Origin: Chrysomallon squamiferum
Taxonomy: Eukaryota; Animalia; Mollusca
Assembly: GCA_012295275.1 (NCBI GenBank)
Contig: CM022667.1
Coordinates: 16,740,001-16,804,000, forward strand
Direction: 5' to 3'
DNA: 64,000 nucleotides
The position numbers and the translations under genes are program-made. The stretch's first letter is position 1; each line of letters begins with the position of its first letter. Below the pieces are notes generated by a model. The model did not search any database and had not been told where the DNA came from. It worked only from the letters and a program-made list of their open reading frames with translations. Shown one piece after another: positions 28,062 to 42,287 of the stretch.

Positions 28062-28700
28062 TTTTATATATTCACTACATAGTAAGGTCTTCGAACTTCT
28101 AAATTCTTGTAATAACAATTTTCTCATTCTTTTTTCTTTTTTTATTCTTTTTTATTTTTATATTTTGTTTATGCTTTTTGTTTTATTTATTTTTTTTTTT
28201 TTTCGACACTGATTCTGAAACACCTGGTGTTAATTATCAACTTCACAGAGATTTAAATCTTGATCAATACCAATTAGATAACTAACAAAACATTTTAAGC
28301 TAAAACCAGAATTCTGTTATTGATATAGCTTGAGGATTATTATGGCCACTTCACACAACAATTACATCAAAGGAAACAGGAGTGTAAAACTGTATGGAAG
28401 TTTATTGCTGAATATTAAAATCTAACACTCACTTAACTTATATAGCTACAGCTGACGCCACCACTATTATGTAAAATACACGTAAAAAATCTTAATGTCA
28501 TATACTAGGATTTCGTCTTGTACAACATTTCTTTCTTGCTTTAGTTGCATTAGATGACTCAGAATTATAATAGCCACTGCAACAGTGATTCCATTATGTT
28601 GCACATTGATCGCGTTTATCTTTTAATATATTTTGAGAGCGCCATCTGCAACGATAGTTATACCTGTTAATCATCAGTGTAATGTCAGTGATGGAATGTG
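26105..28700 (+). repeat. Segmental duplicate of about 3995-5715, with insertions
   Basis: Near-identical blocks include 26560-26960 versus 4380-4790 and 28210-28695 versus 5225-5712. Confidence 0.85.
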
Positions 28701-29067
28701 CCTCGTCAGATATTAAACGTTAAAAATATACATCGACCATGGCGAAAGAGCACGCTTTCGCTTCATTTGACTGGGTTTTTTTTCCATCTTTATGTTCATT
28801 TGTCGTCCTCGAGATAGGTTTCAGTCGATAAACATTTTAAAATCAGACATTTTAAATGCAATTTTACGTATACATGTCTACGTGTCGATCAGTTTGTGTG
28901 CATGTGCGTGTGCGTGTAACTGTTTATATTTTGAGGGTCTGTATTTAATGTATATGTATATTCCTTATACATGTATAACAATAATTTTCATGATGCTGAT
29001 GATGCTGATATATTTTAGTAATTATTTGTTTTCTTAAATTTAATTCTTTATCATCATCATCATCACA

Positions 29068-29107
<40 letters not shown>

Positions 29108-29415
29108 TATTATTATTATATAACATATAGTGGCCAATAAGAGTTAATTATGGCTTATCAAATCGCCTTATCTTAGTCCTAAATCATATTTTGCTTTTAT
29201 TACCTCTACAAAATGCCAGTAGTTGCGAATAATATGCTAGGTTGCCATTTCTATAGCACAGAAAAAAACAAAGGCCATAGTCAGCTCCCTGTTTAGCAAC
29301 AGAAACTCTTTTAAGAACATCTGTTTTAAATTACAACGCTACTTCTAACCGATTTTCACACAAACGCCAAAATTGATGTTGTCAGTACTGTTCACATTAT
29401 TTCAAAAACAGCAGT

Positions 29416-29454
<39 letters not shown>

Positions 29455-30297
29455 AATGTGTAATATTTTCCAATGGTACAATCTAAGATAAAAATAAACC
29501 ATGTCAAATAGCTGGTTCTGAATATCATTTTACCTGGGAATACCTGACAACAGAAGTGGATGTGTGTAGCAAAAACGTCAGTGTCGCTGATTGTATTCAT
29601 TCATCTACGACTTTTGTAAACAGATCGCCCTTCACCGCTATAAAAAAATGATTCTAATGAAATTTTGAGACGAATAATATAACAAAATATTGTTTGTTGT
29701 TGTTGTTGTCTATCGGTACTTTTTATATTTATTTGTATGCTTTTTTTAGCTGTCGTCAAAATCAACTAATTTTTCAGGCTCGAAATAATCATTAAAAATC
29801 TGTTCTTACATTTTTTATTATAATATAGGTAATAAGTTTAAATATTACATAGCTAAAGCAACGAGAAAAAAAAAAAAAAAAAATAAAACTAAAAACAATC
29901 GCCAAAAATTTATATTATTCTTTGCAAATCCATAAAGTAACATATGGAATCTTGAACTTTAAAGTCCGTGACAGATAGGTATGTTGCTTTCGAACTATAG
30001 TCCTCTCGTACGAAAGATATACATCTAAATAAAGCGAATTTCATAGCGAATATGATTTGGATGTGGATTGGCATTTTTATATTCAAACTACTGTTTTCCT
30101 ACCTAATACATATATAAAAAAATATATATTAAAAAGAAAAGAAAAAGCCGTTTATAATTTGTAGGACATAATCTGCGAGACGAAACATGTGAAATCCATA
30201 GTAATAATATCCGTATAACTTTATACTACTAAATATTTTAAATGTTAAATGCCAGGAAGTACAACAACGAAATCTAATAGTGTAATGTCGTTTTCTT

Positions 30298-30335
<38 letters not shown>

Positions 30336-30759
30336 TGCGATTGCATGAGAATGAGTCTACTACTAATACTACTACTACTGCTGCTGCTATTGTTACTAGT
30401 AATAACAATAATATTAATAATAATAAGATGATGATGATGATGGTGGTGATAACGATAAACCATCAATGAAATTAACAAGAAGAAAGAAGAAGATATGGAC
30501 AAAAACGAACACAGATACTGACTGGTACGTCGTTTAGTTAGTTAACTAGTTAGGTAACAGATGGTGTTGTCAGTGAATCAGTAGTTAATTAACAACTTTA
30601 TTATGGTTTTACGAACTCAGATCCACAATCTCTGTCAGTTTAAAACAGTTTCACTCTCGTGTCTTATGCCAGTGAATCGTTTTATTTTACTTTTATTTTC
30701 ACTTTTATGTTTATTTTTATTTATTACTAATACTTTTATTTTTATTATTATTTCCCCAG

Positions 30760-33067
30760 TTTCCACAGCACTTCTAACTGTCGGATGGGAATAAAATGTG
30801 ATCTAGACGTTTAACAGAGCATCGAAATGGAGGAATTCTAGTTCAGTGTAGGTAGCGGTAGTGAAACGGCGGAGAAATGAAGATCCTGTCGAAATTTTGA
30901 AATTTCTTGTAAAAGAAGAAAAAACGATGAAGGAGATGCAGCACTTGTTGACGAAAATGACAGAAAGTTTACTCAAGTTTGCTGCAACTATTCCAGCAAA
31001 GGTATTTTCATTACTATCATAGGTTTTCGTGTTATCGATGTGAGATATTTTCGATAGTAATTATATTAAATTCCAGTTTCTGTCTTCAAGAAATGTTATT
31101 GTTTATTTTAAGTTTATTTTATTATTATTATTTTTTTTTCGTTTTCTGTTTCTAAACATTGTACTTTACATAGGAAATGTAATAAATGAATTACAGGAAT
31201 GTAATCGGCTAAAAATTACACTATTTGTAATAAATTACTTTTTAAAAGGTAAAGAAAATCTAGTAGTTTCACTTTCGTTTTGCGTTTCTTTTTCTTTATT
31301 TTTGCATTTATTGTTACTGTAGATAATATCTAATATAATATATAATTGTATAAGCCTAAGTTAAAAAAAAAAAAAAAAAAAAAAACAGTAAACAAAAATA
31401 ATTTATTTAAATTTGATGTAACCTGTCACGAAATGTTATTCGGAAGTCAGGGAACAACATTTCCGTAGTTTTTAGGTTAAAACTTTCCTTTTTTTATTTT
31501 TTTTTTATTTTTTTTTTTTAACTTGAAATAGTAACAACATTTCTTTGTTCCTTTAGACGCATTAGATGACTCAGAAGTATAATAGCCACTGCAACAGTGA
31601 TTCGATTATGTTGCACATTGATCGCGTTTATCTTTTAATATATTATTACAGCGAAATCTGCAACAACGGTTATACCTGTTAGTCACCGGTATCACGTCAG
31701 TGATGGAGGGGTTACAAAAATGTTTAAGTAGTAGTCATAATTTAAATTCTGTTTAGTTATTGTCAATACTTTTTAATCTTCTTATTTTAAAGGATACAAT
31801 CATTTCTAAACTTATCCGTGATGCTATTCGGAAAGAGAAATTACAAAAGGAGTACAAACAGCATAGTTACAATGGTGATATAATTGTCAGAAAGTGACAA
31901 AAACGACAACCGAGTTCCCAATCCAGTCATTACAAAGTTCTCACCAGCTACAGAAGTCTTGGATTGGATGATCTTGATGCAGCAACTTCGGATGAATGCA
32001 TAACAGAACAAAATGCCGATAACAAAAACGAAAATAATAATAAAACCACTGGGACTGCTGATATACAAAGAGCTAATAATACAGAAGAGATATCACACAA
32101 GGAACATACAGATTGCAGTGGCAGTCATGGCAACTGTAAAACATCTAACAAATCCACCAAAACTGACATTGAAAGGAGCAATTGTGAACAAAATATTTGT
32201 ATGTGCAAGAACTCGGGTGACTGTTGTACAGTTTGTTGCACAAACTCTCCATGTAATTGTTCAGAACATACAAAAGAAAATTCTTCTCTTGTTTGTTCAA
32301 CTTCAGGTGAAGTTAAAACATTTTCTTCTGGCACCAACACTTTTCTCAGAATTGAATCAGCTTCGTTGTAGAGCTCTGAAAAAGTGTTTTGTTTTTATGA
32401 TGTAGAGAAACAGAAGACTGAAAATAATGCAGCCCTTACTCAGAAGAAAAATAATGTAAGCTATGATATACGGTATTTATTACACTTTCCTGAAGAACAA
32501 CAGATGATAATTTTTTTTCATAATGTCTGTTTTATAGTGTTATTATCATCTTTACATTTCTAAATTTACTAATATGAAAATAACAGCAGTCCTTAATGAT
32601 TAGTTCAAATGTCTTTATTATAATTATAATATGCATTTTGATTAAATCTGATATGAATGTTTAGAAAATATTAAATGAAATGTGATATATTCAGTTCCAC
32701 ATACCATAGGACAAGACATACAGCTTAGTGCCTGTCCTGAATACCAGTAAATTTGTGAAAAATAAATGAGCAGTTTTGTGAGGTTGCTACTCTGGATTAT
32801 ATCTATTATATTAATATATGTAGGCAACTCCATTAAGTTGCATAAAAATTAAAAATTATAAAGTACACTACTAACAGTGTTACAGCAATAAAAACAAAAA
32901 TAAAGTAATGTAATTATGATAATTTATTGATTCAATAAATTATATCATTTTTATGATTCTTTTTCTTGTTTTCAAGTCAGCACCAACAGCAGTGATTTTG
33001 ACTTCCGGACATTTGACAATATTCTTAGGATTGAGGCTCTTCAGGAAGATGTGTTGCTGGATGACGG
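30760..33067 (+). pseudogene. Multi-exon fragment of an unrelated gene, with in-frame stops
   Basis: Exons are 30760-31001 (...EDPVEILKFLVKEEKTMKEMQHLLTKMTESLLKFAATIPAK, then GT), 31793-32455 (221 codons, TGA at 31895, TAG at 32369) and about 32977-33067 (STNSSDFDFRTFDNILRIEALQEDVLLDDG). I do not recognise the parent gene. Confidence 0.65.
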
Positions 33068-34830
33068 GTTGGTTGATTACCAGTATAATTTTATTTTTTG
33101 TTTTTTACCGTCTTGTAAAATCTGACTTGTAATGTCTTTTTTTTATTTTTATTTTTTTTATTTATTTATATGGTTTTGTTTTTATTATTATTATTATATT
33201 TTTTTTTTTATCTTAATATATTTGTAAAATCTGACTTTTCGGAGTACAAAAATCGTCCCTCAGAGGGTCGTGCATAAAATAAATCTTACAAAAATGGTTT
33301 ATGTCATTTCAGAATCTACTGCTTGGTTTGTAGTCATCAGATAAAAGTAGTTGAGCATGCCGTGAATGAATGTAGATATGTGTACAACTGAACAATAAAG
33401 CACCGGAACATTTTGTCATACACGACAACGCAAGGTAAGTTGTAATTATTATTATTATTTCTATTATTTTGATCATCATAGCTGTTCTTATTATTGTTAT
33501 TAATAGTCTTCATCTTCTTCCTGTTTTACTTCATCATCATCATCTTCTTCTTCTTCTTCTTCTTCTTATTATTATTATTGTTATTGTGACACAGTAACAG
33601 CTAGGTAAATATTATCAACACCAGGTACCACCTCTATAACAATAATAATTACAATAATGATCAATATTAGTAATAACATCAGAGTAATAACAAGATGATG
33701 TTAATAACAATAATAATAATAATAGCATCAACAACAACTAGAACGCCAACAACAACAACAACAACAATAATAATAATAAAAATAATAATAATGAAAGTAT
33801 ATTTACTGAGAGTGAACATTTTAAGAAATCCTTTTTGTAAACTGAGACCTTGGTGTCTGAGCGATATAAAACACCTAGGAGTCAGTCGCTCTTCTGTGAC
33901 GTTCAGATCGATTGCCTGTACAACGACTGTATAAAAAAAAATATATATTTATATAATAAAATAAAAAATAAAAATAAAAAATAAAAACAAGCAACAAAAA
34001 CGAAACAACAACAAACAAAGAAATATAAGGCAACCACAAGCGTTGAATTTTTTCCGTCACTAGTTCAAGTCTTAATTTAATAACTATCACTCTGATAATG
34101 CTATGTTATAAATTTCCCTGTTGTTTCCTTTGACGGACAATGAATATCTTCTTCTTGATAAGTTTGCTTTTCATGTATCTCCTGTTTTCTCACACTTTAA
34201 AAGTATAATAACTCGAAAGTCACGTTTCTTGATATTTTCTCCCTTAACAGACTTATCGCAGAATCAAATGTCAAGAAAACAATTCAGAAATTTACATCTT
34301 GTGCTATACCTATCTCGTAAAGATCAAATCATTTTAGTGTATCTAAGTGTATCGAACGTTAAATGAACAACGATATGGTTTTAAAACCTTCTTATAAATG
34401 TGTAACTCTGCCATGAACGTTTATTGTAAATTAGATTAAATCTGTTTTTAAATATACATTATGTGTATAGTTTATATATTGATAAATTTCCGAGACCTTC
34501 TCAGACTATGAAAACCTAAGCTTGTTTAGCTTTGTTGACAAATTCAGCAATGGCGGTGATAATAAACAATCTAGATATATAAATATGTCCAAGTAATTGT
34601 TTCAGTACGCAATAGGTCACACAATAAAAATTTAAAATAATAGTTTTCAGTTCTAATTTCTCTAATATAGATTGATCTCATTGTTATTGTGTTATTGTGT
34701 TATTGTTGTAGTTGTTATTGTTATTGATATTATTGTTGTTGTTGTTGTTTTTTTTGTTGTTGTTGTTGTTGTTATTATTATTATTATCATTAATGTTTCT
34801 GTTGTTCTTATTGTTCCATACTCGCTACAG

Positions 34831-35073
34831 AGCTACCGCCAACTATATTCGCGTCTCCAATACCACCACACTGATCTCACAATGGAAGAATCTACCTGAC
34901 TGGAGAAGTCGTTCCAGATTATGAACGTTGTGCGTACGAGTGTCGGTGTCAGCCTAATGGTTTTTCTTCATCTCAATTAGAAATTCGTTGTAGATACGCT
35001 GATTATTTCCCACCAATGTGTTATGATCCTGTTGATCACGGTCCTGATGCCTGTCAAAGATACACGTGTCGAG
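34831..35073 (+). pseudogene. Inverted module B exon with TGA at the first Cys
   Basis: Acceptor CTACAG and donor GTAGAC, 243 nt. Reads PPH*SHNGRIY...CAYECRC...CQRYTCR, with TGA at 34872-34874. Confidence 0.82.
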
Positions 35074-35472
35074 GTAGACAACTTTGCATTGTCTCTCTAT
35101 ACCAACAGCAGTAGAAACTGTAGTAGTGATTGTATTAATACTGATAGTTGTAGCATTAATATTAGTAGTCGCAGCCTTAGTATTAGCATTAGTATGAGAA
35201 GTGGTAGCCGCAGTGTTAGTTTGAGTAGTGATAATCTGTTAGTATTAGTATTAGTAATAGCAGTGGTATCGTACTATTAGTATTAGTAGTTAAAGACGTA
35301 ACAACAGTAGTGGTTGCACTAGCAGGAGCAGTTCGTGGTTGTTGTCGTAATACTATTGTATTCAGGATAAAAGTAGATTATTAATTATATCAAATGAAAA
35401 ATTATTTATTATTATTATTATTATTATGATTATTATGAGTATTATTATTTGTTATTATTATTATGATTACAG

Positions 35473-35665
35473 AACGTAACTGTAAAACGACATCAGGACA
35501 CGTGTTACGTGGAGATGAACAGAAATACTTTAGTGATGATGGTGACTGTAAATGTCCTCCTCAATTGGTGATTGGGAACCAAAATATGTCGTGGCTTTGT
35601 GTTCTGTACCCGAGTCAACGCCACCGACTTCTGGAACACCAGCATCTACAACAGCCTTCTCCTAA
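35473..35665 (+). pseudogene. Inverted module C exon, frameshifted
   Basis: Reads ERNCKTTSGHVLRGDEQKYFSDDGDCKCPPQ. A deletion then puts WEPKY.VALC...TAFS* out of frame. Confidence 0.8.
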
Positions 35666-35913
35666 AGAACAGCGAAATGACTTTTTCTTTTGATACACAC
35701 ATACACACATATATACTTTAATCTGCAGATTCTATTATCTGAATATATGATTGGGAAATATCTTTACAAACTGAATAAATAATGTGGAAGCTCTCATCGG
35801 TATATCTTGTTTATAGGGAATTTGATTTTAATGTTTTTCTCTCCCTCTTTGTCTCTGTCTACGTAAATGTACGATTCTCATTCTCTCAAACAAATGCGAA
35901 CAGAGACACACAA

Positions 35914-35954
<41 letters not shown>

Positions 35955-36737
35955 ATGGAAATGCATACATATACATGTATGTTTTTTTATGTTTTGTTTC
36001 ATTTTTTTAAACCTGTTCTTGGAGAAACCCGCAAGTGTATGGCGAAATCGCCGGTCAGAGGGTCGTACACAAAAGAAATCTTAAGAAAATGGTTCACATT
36101 TCAGAATCTACTACCTGCTTCGTATTCATCAAATAAAAATACACGAGCATGTCGTGATTGAATTCATGGGAAGCACAGCTGAACGTGGTTTTGTGTTCCA
36201 AACCAACTGCAACGCCAACACCGAGATATACAAAACACTACTTACAACAAAAAAACAAAAAAAAAAAAAAAAAATGTAAGGGCAAAATAACGAATATTCA
36301 TTATAATATTATATAGCTTCACACAGATACTCTAACATACATACATAAATATATAATCTAATCTGCAGAACGATCACCTGAATATATTATTGATTCAAAG
36401 AGATGATTATTTATTTTGAATTTCATATAAGATTGAAAAGAAATAAAATGAATTACAACATAGACAAATTTACCGAATAACTGTTCACTTTGAATTATTA
36501 AAAATTAAAGAGCATATTCTGTCTTTGAAAATATAATTAATACTGAATTAAATTCTTCATCTTTCTCTGTACTCAGTGTGATTAGTAAGATCACAATGCT
36601 ATGTGAGTGTGGACGTGTGGACTGTCATTAATTTTTCTTTTAGTAACATTACTTAGCGCTATAATAAATTGGGAAATATCGTAACAGACTGAGTAAATGA
36701 TTTAGCAGCTTTATTTTGTTTACAGATAATTTTATTT

Positions 36738-36836
<99 letters not shown>

Positions 36837-36923
36837 ACACACACATATACATACAGATAGATCGATGGAAATATATATATGTATATATATATCTATGTGT
36901 GTGTGTGTATGTATATATGTATA

Positions 36924-36971
<48 letters not shown>

Positions 36972-37320
36972 TATGAATACTTTGCTATGAATGAATTCAC
37001 ATAATAAGATAAAATAAATGTATAGAAAACAGTAAGAAACATTATCTCACTGTTACATAATGGATTTGTACAGAGTTGAAAGAATGCAACCTGGTTTTCC
37101 TTTAATCTAATGGTACCTGTTGTACAGTATTTGAAATTAAAGGAAACCGGGAGAAGTTCTTGTAAAACAGTCAAGTCCGAAATTAAGTGTTATAAGGAAA
37201 AAGTAACTCTCTGTCTAAGATGATGGTGACAAAATATTTTTGCAAAGAATAAAAGATATATTTAAATGGCAAGATTACTATGTAAATAAATCTTGTCCAC
37301 AAATGTATATATATATCTCT

Positions 37321-37420
<100 letters not shown>

Positions 37421-37628
37421 ACTGATAGACAGAGATTTTAATGATACACATGATAAACTCTTATTATTTCAGTCCCTATATTTCGATCCCCTGTGAGCTT
37501 TAAATATCACCAGACGTTTCTATGTATACTTAACCGATTTATCAAACAGAGGCATCAAACAGCGCATCTCGAAACTGTTGTTTAAAAGCTATCAATACTG
37601 AATAACGTCACAAACGAAACGTGACATT

Positions 37629-37709
37629 ATGGCTGTTCACATGCTCTTTTCCGTCTTGTTTGAATTTTATTATTTCGTCTGTCTTGTCAGTGCCAACAAC
37701 TCCAGATAA
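37629..37709 (+). pseudogene. Inverted module A exon, frameshifted, donor lost
   Basis: Reads MAVHMLFSVLFEFYYFVCLVSANNSR*. It has a 2-nt deletion relative to the 47394 copy, and CCAG is followed by ATAATT instead of GTAATT. Confidence 0.8.
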
Positions 37710-37893
37710 TTTCATTACGTAGACAGAGACAAAGAAGGAGAGAAGTGTATGTGTGTGTATTAATATATGTTACAGTACATTAATAAATGTTTGTATAGAG
37801 TTGTACATTATTTCGTGCAACATTATAATGAATATTCATTAATTAGATACTAAATATTTCTTATATCAAAAGAAAAAGTCATTTCGCTGTTCT

Positions 37894-38093
37894 TTATGAG
37901 AAGGCTGTTGTAGGTGGTGGTGTTGCAGAAGTCGGTGGCGTTAATTCGGGTGCAGAACAGAAAGCCATGCCATATTGTGGTTCCCAACCACCGAAAATAC
38001 GGACTTGAGGACATTTACAGTAACCATCATCACTAAAGTATTTCTGTTCATCTCCACGTAACACGTGTCCTGATGTCGTTTTACAGTTACGTT
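37894..38093 (-). CDS. Intact but orphan module C terminal exon
   Basis: Acceptor TTACAG, then ERNCKTTSGHVLRGDEQKYFSDDGYCKCPQVRIFGGWEPQYGMAFCSAPELTPPTSATPPPTTAFS*. Confidence 0.65.
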
Positions 38094-38113
38094 CTGTAAT
38101 GATAATGATGATG

Positions 38114-38161
<48 letters not shown>

Positions 38162-38499
38162 TTAATAATAATAAATTTCCATAATGGAAGCTGTATGAAT
38201 CTACGGTACACCTTACACTATCGATGAAAAGTTGGCTTTAGGCTGGCAGTAAATAAAGAAATATTTGTTTAGAAACTTGAGTCATTCAGAGCGTCAGTGG
38301 TCGAGTCTGGTAACTTTACCAAGCAGAGAATGCTGTTCGGCTGTGGGACAACATCACAAGTTCGATGGAGGCAAACACACGACACTGGGTTCCCCCACTG
38401 GACCGCTCTCTGAGATAAAGTGAATTATGATAATATAATGTAATATAATGTAATATAATATAATATTTTAAGATTTTACTTATCTGAGTGTATCCCTGT

Positions 38500-38800
38500 C
38501 GTGTCAGTCAGTGTAGTGTATTCAGTCAGTGTCAGTCAGTGTAGTGTATTCAGTCAGTGTCAGTGTAGTGTATTCATTCAGTGTCATTGACTGTAGTATA
38601 TTCAGTCAGTGTATATTCAGTCAGTGTAGTGTATTCTGTAGTCAGTGTCAGTGTCATTGTCAGTCAGTGTGTCAGTCAGTGTCTGACTATAGTATATTCA
38701 GTCAGTGTATGTATTCACTCAGTGTCAGTCAGTGTCATTGACTGTATGTGTATTCATTCACTGGGTGTAATGTATTCAGTCATCTAGTATGTTCAGTGTA
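38500..38800. repeat. Degenerate TCAGTG/GTATTCAG low-complexity satellite
   Basis: Repeated GTCAGTGT and GTATTCAGT words. Confidence 0.85.
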
Positions 38801-38965
38801 GCTTATTCACTTATACGCTGCTCTTCTTAATTCGTTCTCTTTTTCTCGACTTTCTCTCCACACAGACACACACACACACCCTCATATATATTAAATTTAT
38901 TAATTTGTTTTCTATGTTTTCTATACTTTCTATTATAGTGTAATTTGTTATTGTTTATTTGTTAG

Positions 38966-39400
38966 CAGCAGAAACAACAGCAACAACATTACTTATGGAA
39001 TCATCCACTACGCGGTTGATAACACCAGCTGAGATCTCAGTCACCACTCAGACAGAATTAGCGACAAAAAACAAAACAACAACAAACATAACTCCGTCTA
39101 CAAAGCAAACGACTACTGCAGTTAATACCACAGCAGCCTCAAACACAACAAACATAACTTCGTCTACAACAGCAACGACTTCTGCAATTAATACCAAGGC
39201 AGCCCCAACAACGTATGCAACTACAACGCCGTCATTGACTTCAGTGAGTACTTCTACATCAACAGAAACAACATCTAAACAAAAAATGTCAAAAAGAACA
39301 TCACCAACAACGACTTCAAGAACCAATGGCGCAACACCATCAAGAACATTATCAACATCTTCGATTACTTCTACCACAACAGAAACAGCATCTGAAAGTG
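38966..39400 (+). CDS. Thr/Ser-rich mucin-like stalk exon
   Basis: Tandem acceptors TTAG-CAG-CAG and donor GTAAAT. It is 435 nt, open and phase 1-1, and the Thr-rich sequence is not a simple repeat. Confidence 0.8.
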
Positions 39401-39824
39401 GTAAATAGTTGTCATGATGAAGTTAATGAGTGCTGAATTTCTGTTGGCACACTGCCCAATATGTATAGTATAAATATAATAAATAACAAGAACAAGGCAA
39501 AGTTATGATTATGATAACAAAAATAAAAAAGTAATAATAACAAACTGATTCAGATTAATAATGAATTAAAGTTTTTGTTCAGCATTTTTTTATTATATTA
39601 ATGCTTGTAAATGTGAGAATGTTATTATGTAATGATTGTCTGTGAAGATTTCCATAAATACTACATTAATGAAATTAGTTAACTTGTAACAATCTAGAAA
39701 TCATCTAAACCAGATATTAACACGGGCAGTCACACATAACACACATACTAAACACTAATATTTATATATGTAATATTCATTTATTTCCATTCCCTTATTG
39801 AATAGTTTTATTCTCTCATCACAG

Positions 39825-40240
39825 AAGGATCCAGTCTGGATCAGAATAAAGGAACAAGTCCAGAAACAACTGCAAAGCCAACATTTGCGACATCTACGAG
39901 CTGGTCAACAGCTGCTACAGTTATACCACCAAACGCATCCAGTGGCAACATGTGTTACGTTCTGCGGTCTATGACGAGTGAATATGAAGGTTCCTGTCGT
40001 TGTATACGTAAATATATCCCTGGTGACGTCACCGAGATAAAACGAAATGCTCTCCCGCCTTTCAAACACTTGGTATATGACAAACGAAACCTGACAAAGT
40101 ACAAGAGACAGTTCTACGGTGTTCCAGACAACAGACCTGTCTGTGTGACAATTGGCACCTCCTCCTTCATTCTACTCTTCGGACTTGCAGCTTTCGTAAT
40201 CGTCTCAGATTTAATGAGATTTGCTAGTCAGGCATCGTAA
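39825..40240 (+). CDS. Terminal exon of a mucin-like single-pass membrane protein
   Basis: Acceptor CACAG, in frame with the previous exon. It has CRC, then LVYDKRNLTKYKRQFYGVPDNRPVCVTIG, a hydrophobic helix and VSD, a tail I recognise from molluscan mucin/WSC-like proteins. Confidence 0.82.
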
Positions 40241-41836
40241 AAAGGTAAACATCGGAAAAACTCAAACTTTGAAAGTACAAAAATATTTAGAATAAAAACG
40301 GATTAATCAGGACGGCCATTTTGTAAGCTTAAAATAATTTTAAATTATAATTTACAAGCACACATTTTATTTTATTATTATTATTATTTTTTACTTTATT
40401 TTATTATTTTAATTTTTATTATTATAATTATTTCTTAGTTTTAGTTAATTATTAATGTTTTAAGTAAATTATATTTAAATGATCAGTTTGTACCTATATT
40501 AAAATATCTGAAATTAATAAAATGTCTTAACAAAAGATCTGAGAAATCAAAATAAAAGATAATACTATTACAGTTACTGATAGAAATATCCAGAGTATTA
40601 GCATAATAAGAAAGTGAAACAAAGTTTTCTAGCTGCTTTTCCTTCATACTGCTGTTTCCTGTTCTTATATCTTAAATACATTATTTATTTATTTATTGTC
40701 GAAATTTTAAAATATTTATTATTACATAATGATTATTAAATTTCTTTATTATTGTAGCTAATATAAAAGGGTACACTTATTACAGTTTTAATATTATTTT
40801 ACTATTAAATTAGGATTATTATACAATATTACTAATATTATTGTGTTGTGCTTTTAAAATGTGTCATTGCATCAGCTTAATTTTCTTACTGGTATTTTAA
40901 CATTGATTTCTGTTGTGCAATAATCATTTTATATTTTGTGTATTGTCATTTTAAAATTATTTTATAGCAGTCAGTTTATTTTTATTTTATTGGCATTTTA
41001 AGGTCATATAATTAAATTATTTAAGATTCGTATGCTGTAATTGTTTTAGATAATCATTTAATTGTGATTTTTATCCTATTTATTCTCATTGCATCACGGT
41101 TATCCTTCCTATATTTTACTACATTAAGTAAAACAAAAATTATTTTATTAAATATATTCTTTCAAAATGTTGTAACTGTTATGGAAACCGTGTTTACAAA
41201 GCGAAAAATATATAAAGTGTTGTAGCTCACATGTATATATGATATAATACGTTAAATAAATAAATCGTGTTTATTCATTCATTTGTTTATTTATTTATGC
41301 ATGTACTTATTTGTTTATATTTTTGTTTGTCTTTTTAATTAAACAATAATATTTTAACTCTGAATGTTCTATCTTAACAACGTCATATTAAGATTTAGTG
41401 CATCAATTGTTTTTCTTTTAGCGATCAGAATGGAAGAAAATTGTGTTCAAATACTCAAAAAGGGATGTATTCATATTACAGCGCCAAACTATTTTAAAAC
41501 TATTTGTTGTATTTATCTCACCAAAACTTGTATAATGTTTTTAGTAAAAACATTTCTGCATTAAGTGTACTATGGTTTTATCTTCCTTTTTGTTTAAAAT
41601 CTGAATTAAGATAGTAATTATGCTCGATTAAAATGACAGTCAGAATATCAGTTAACAGAAAACGGTTTTTTGTCTTATTATCATTATTTTATTGATTGAT
41701 TGATTTATTTATTTATTTTATTTTATTTATTTTTAATTTTTTTTAGTTTGTAGAAAGAATATCTTAGTAAGACTGAGTCTTGATTAATGCTTGCAGCGTC
41801 ATCTCCCAACAACTAAGGATTTTGAAATATTCATTT

Positions 41837-41930
<94 letters not shown>

Positions 41931-42249
41931 ACGTAGTAGTAGTAGTAGTAGCAACATAACTATAGAGTGCTAGTAAAGAATAACCAGAAGACAGGTTTCT
42001 CTTCACAGATTTTGTAATGAATGACCTGTGAAATTTAAATTAACGGACAGGACAAACTGATTGGATAGTTAAAACTGAGTCCAAATTGGACATTTTCGCA
42101 GTTTCATACCTTTAATCTGATGTTTTGATTATTATTATTATTTTGATTATTATTATTAGTATTTTTTTTTTTTTTTTTTTTCAAATAGCGATCGTTAATG
42201 TTAAAAAAATATGCGTAGATGTAGGTACTAAAAAACACCGGCAATAACA

Positions 42250-42287
<38 letters not shown>

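Noticed and set aside
29130-30200. Transposon-like remnants, also at about 53900-54250 and 54950-55420
   Set aside because: I could not define termini, target duplications or coding remnants.
34872-34874. Selenocysteine at the TGA replacing Cys1
   Set aside because: It occurs in one copy only, the next exon is frameshifted, no signal exon is upstream and I see no SECIS element. A TGC->TGA nonsense change is simpler.
38270-38420. GC-richer patch that might be an upstream exon of the mucin gene
   Set aside because: There is no clear donor or recognisable translation, so it was left uncalled.
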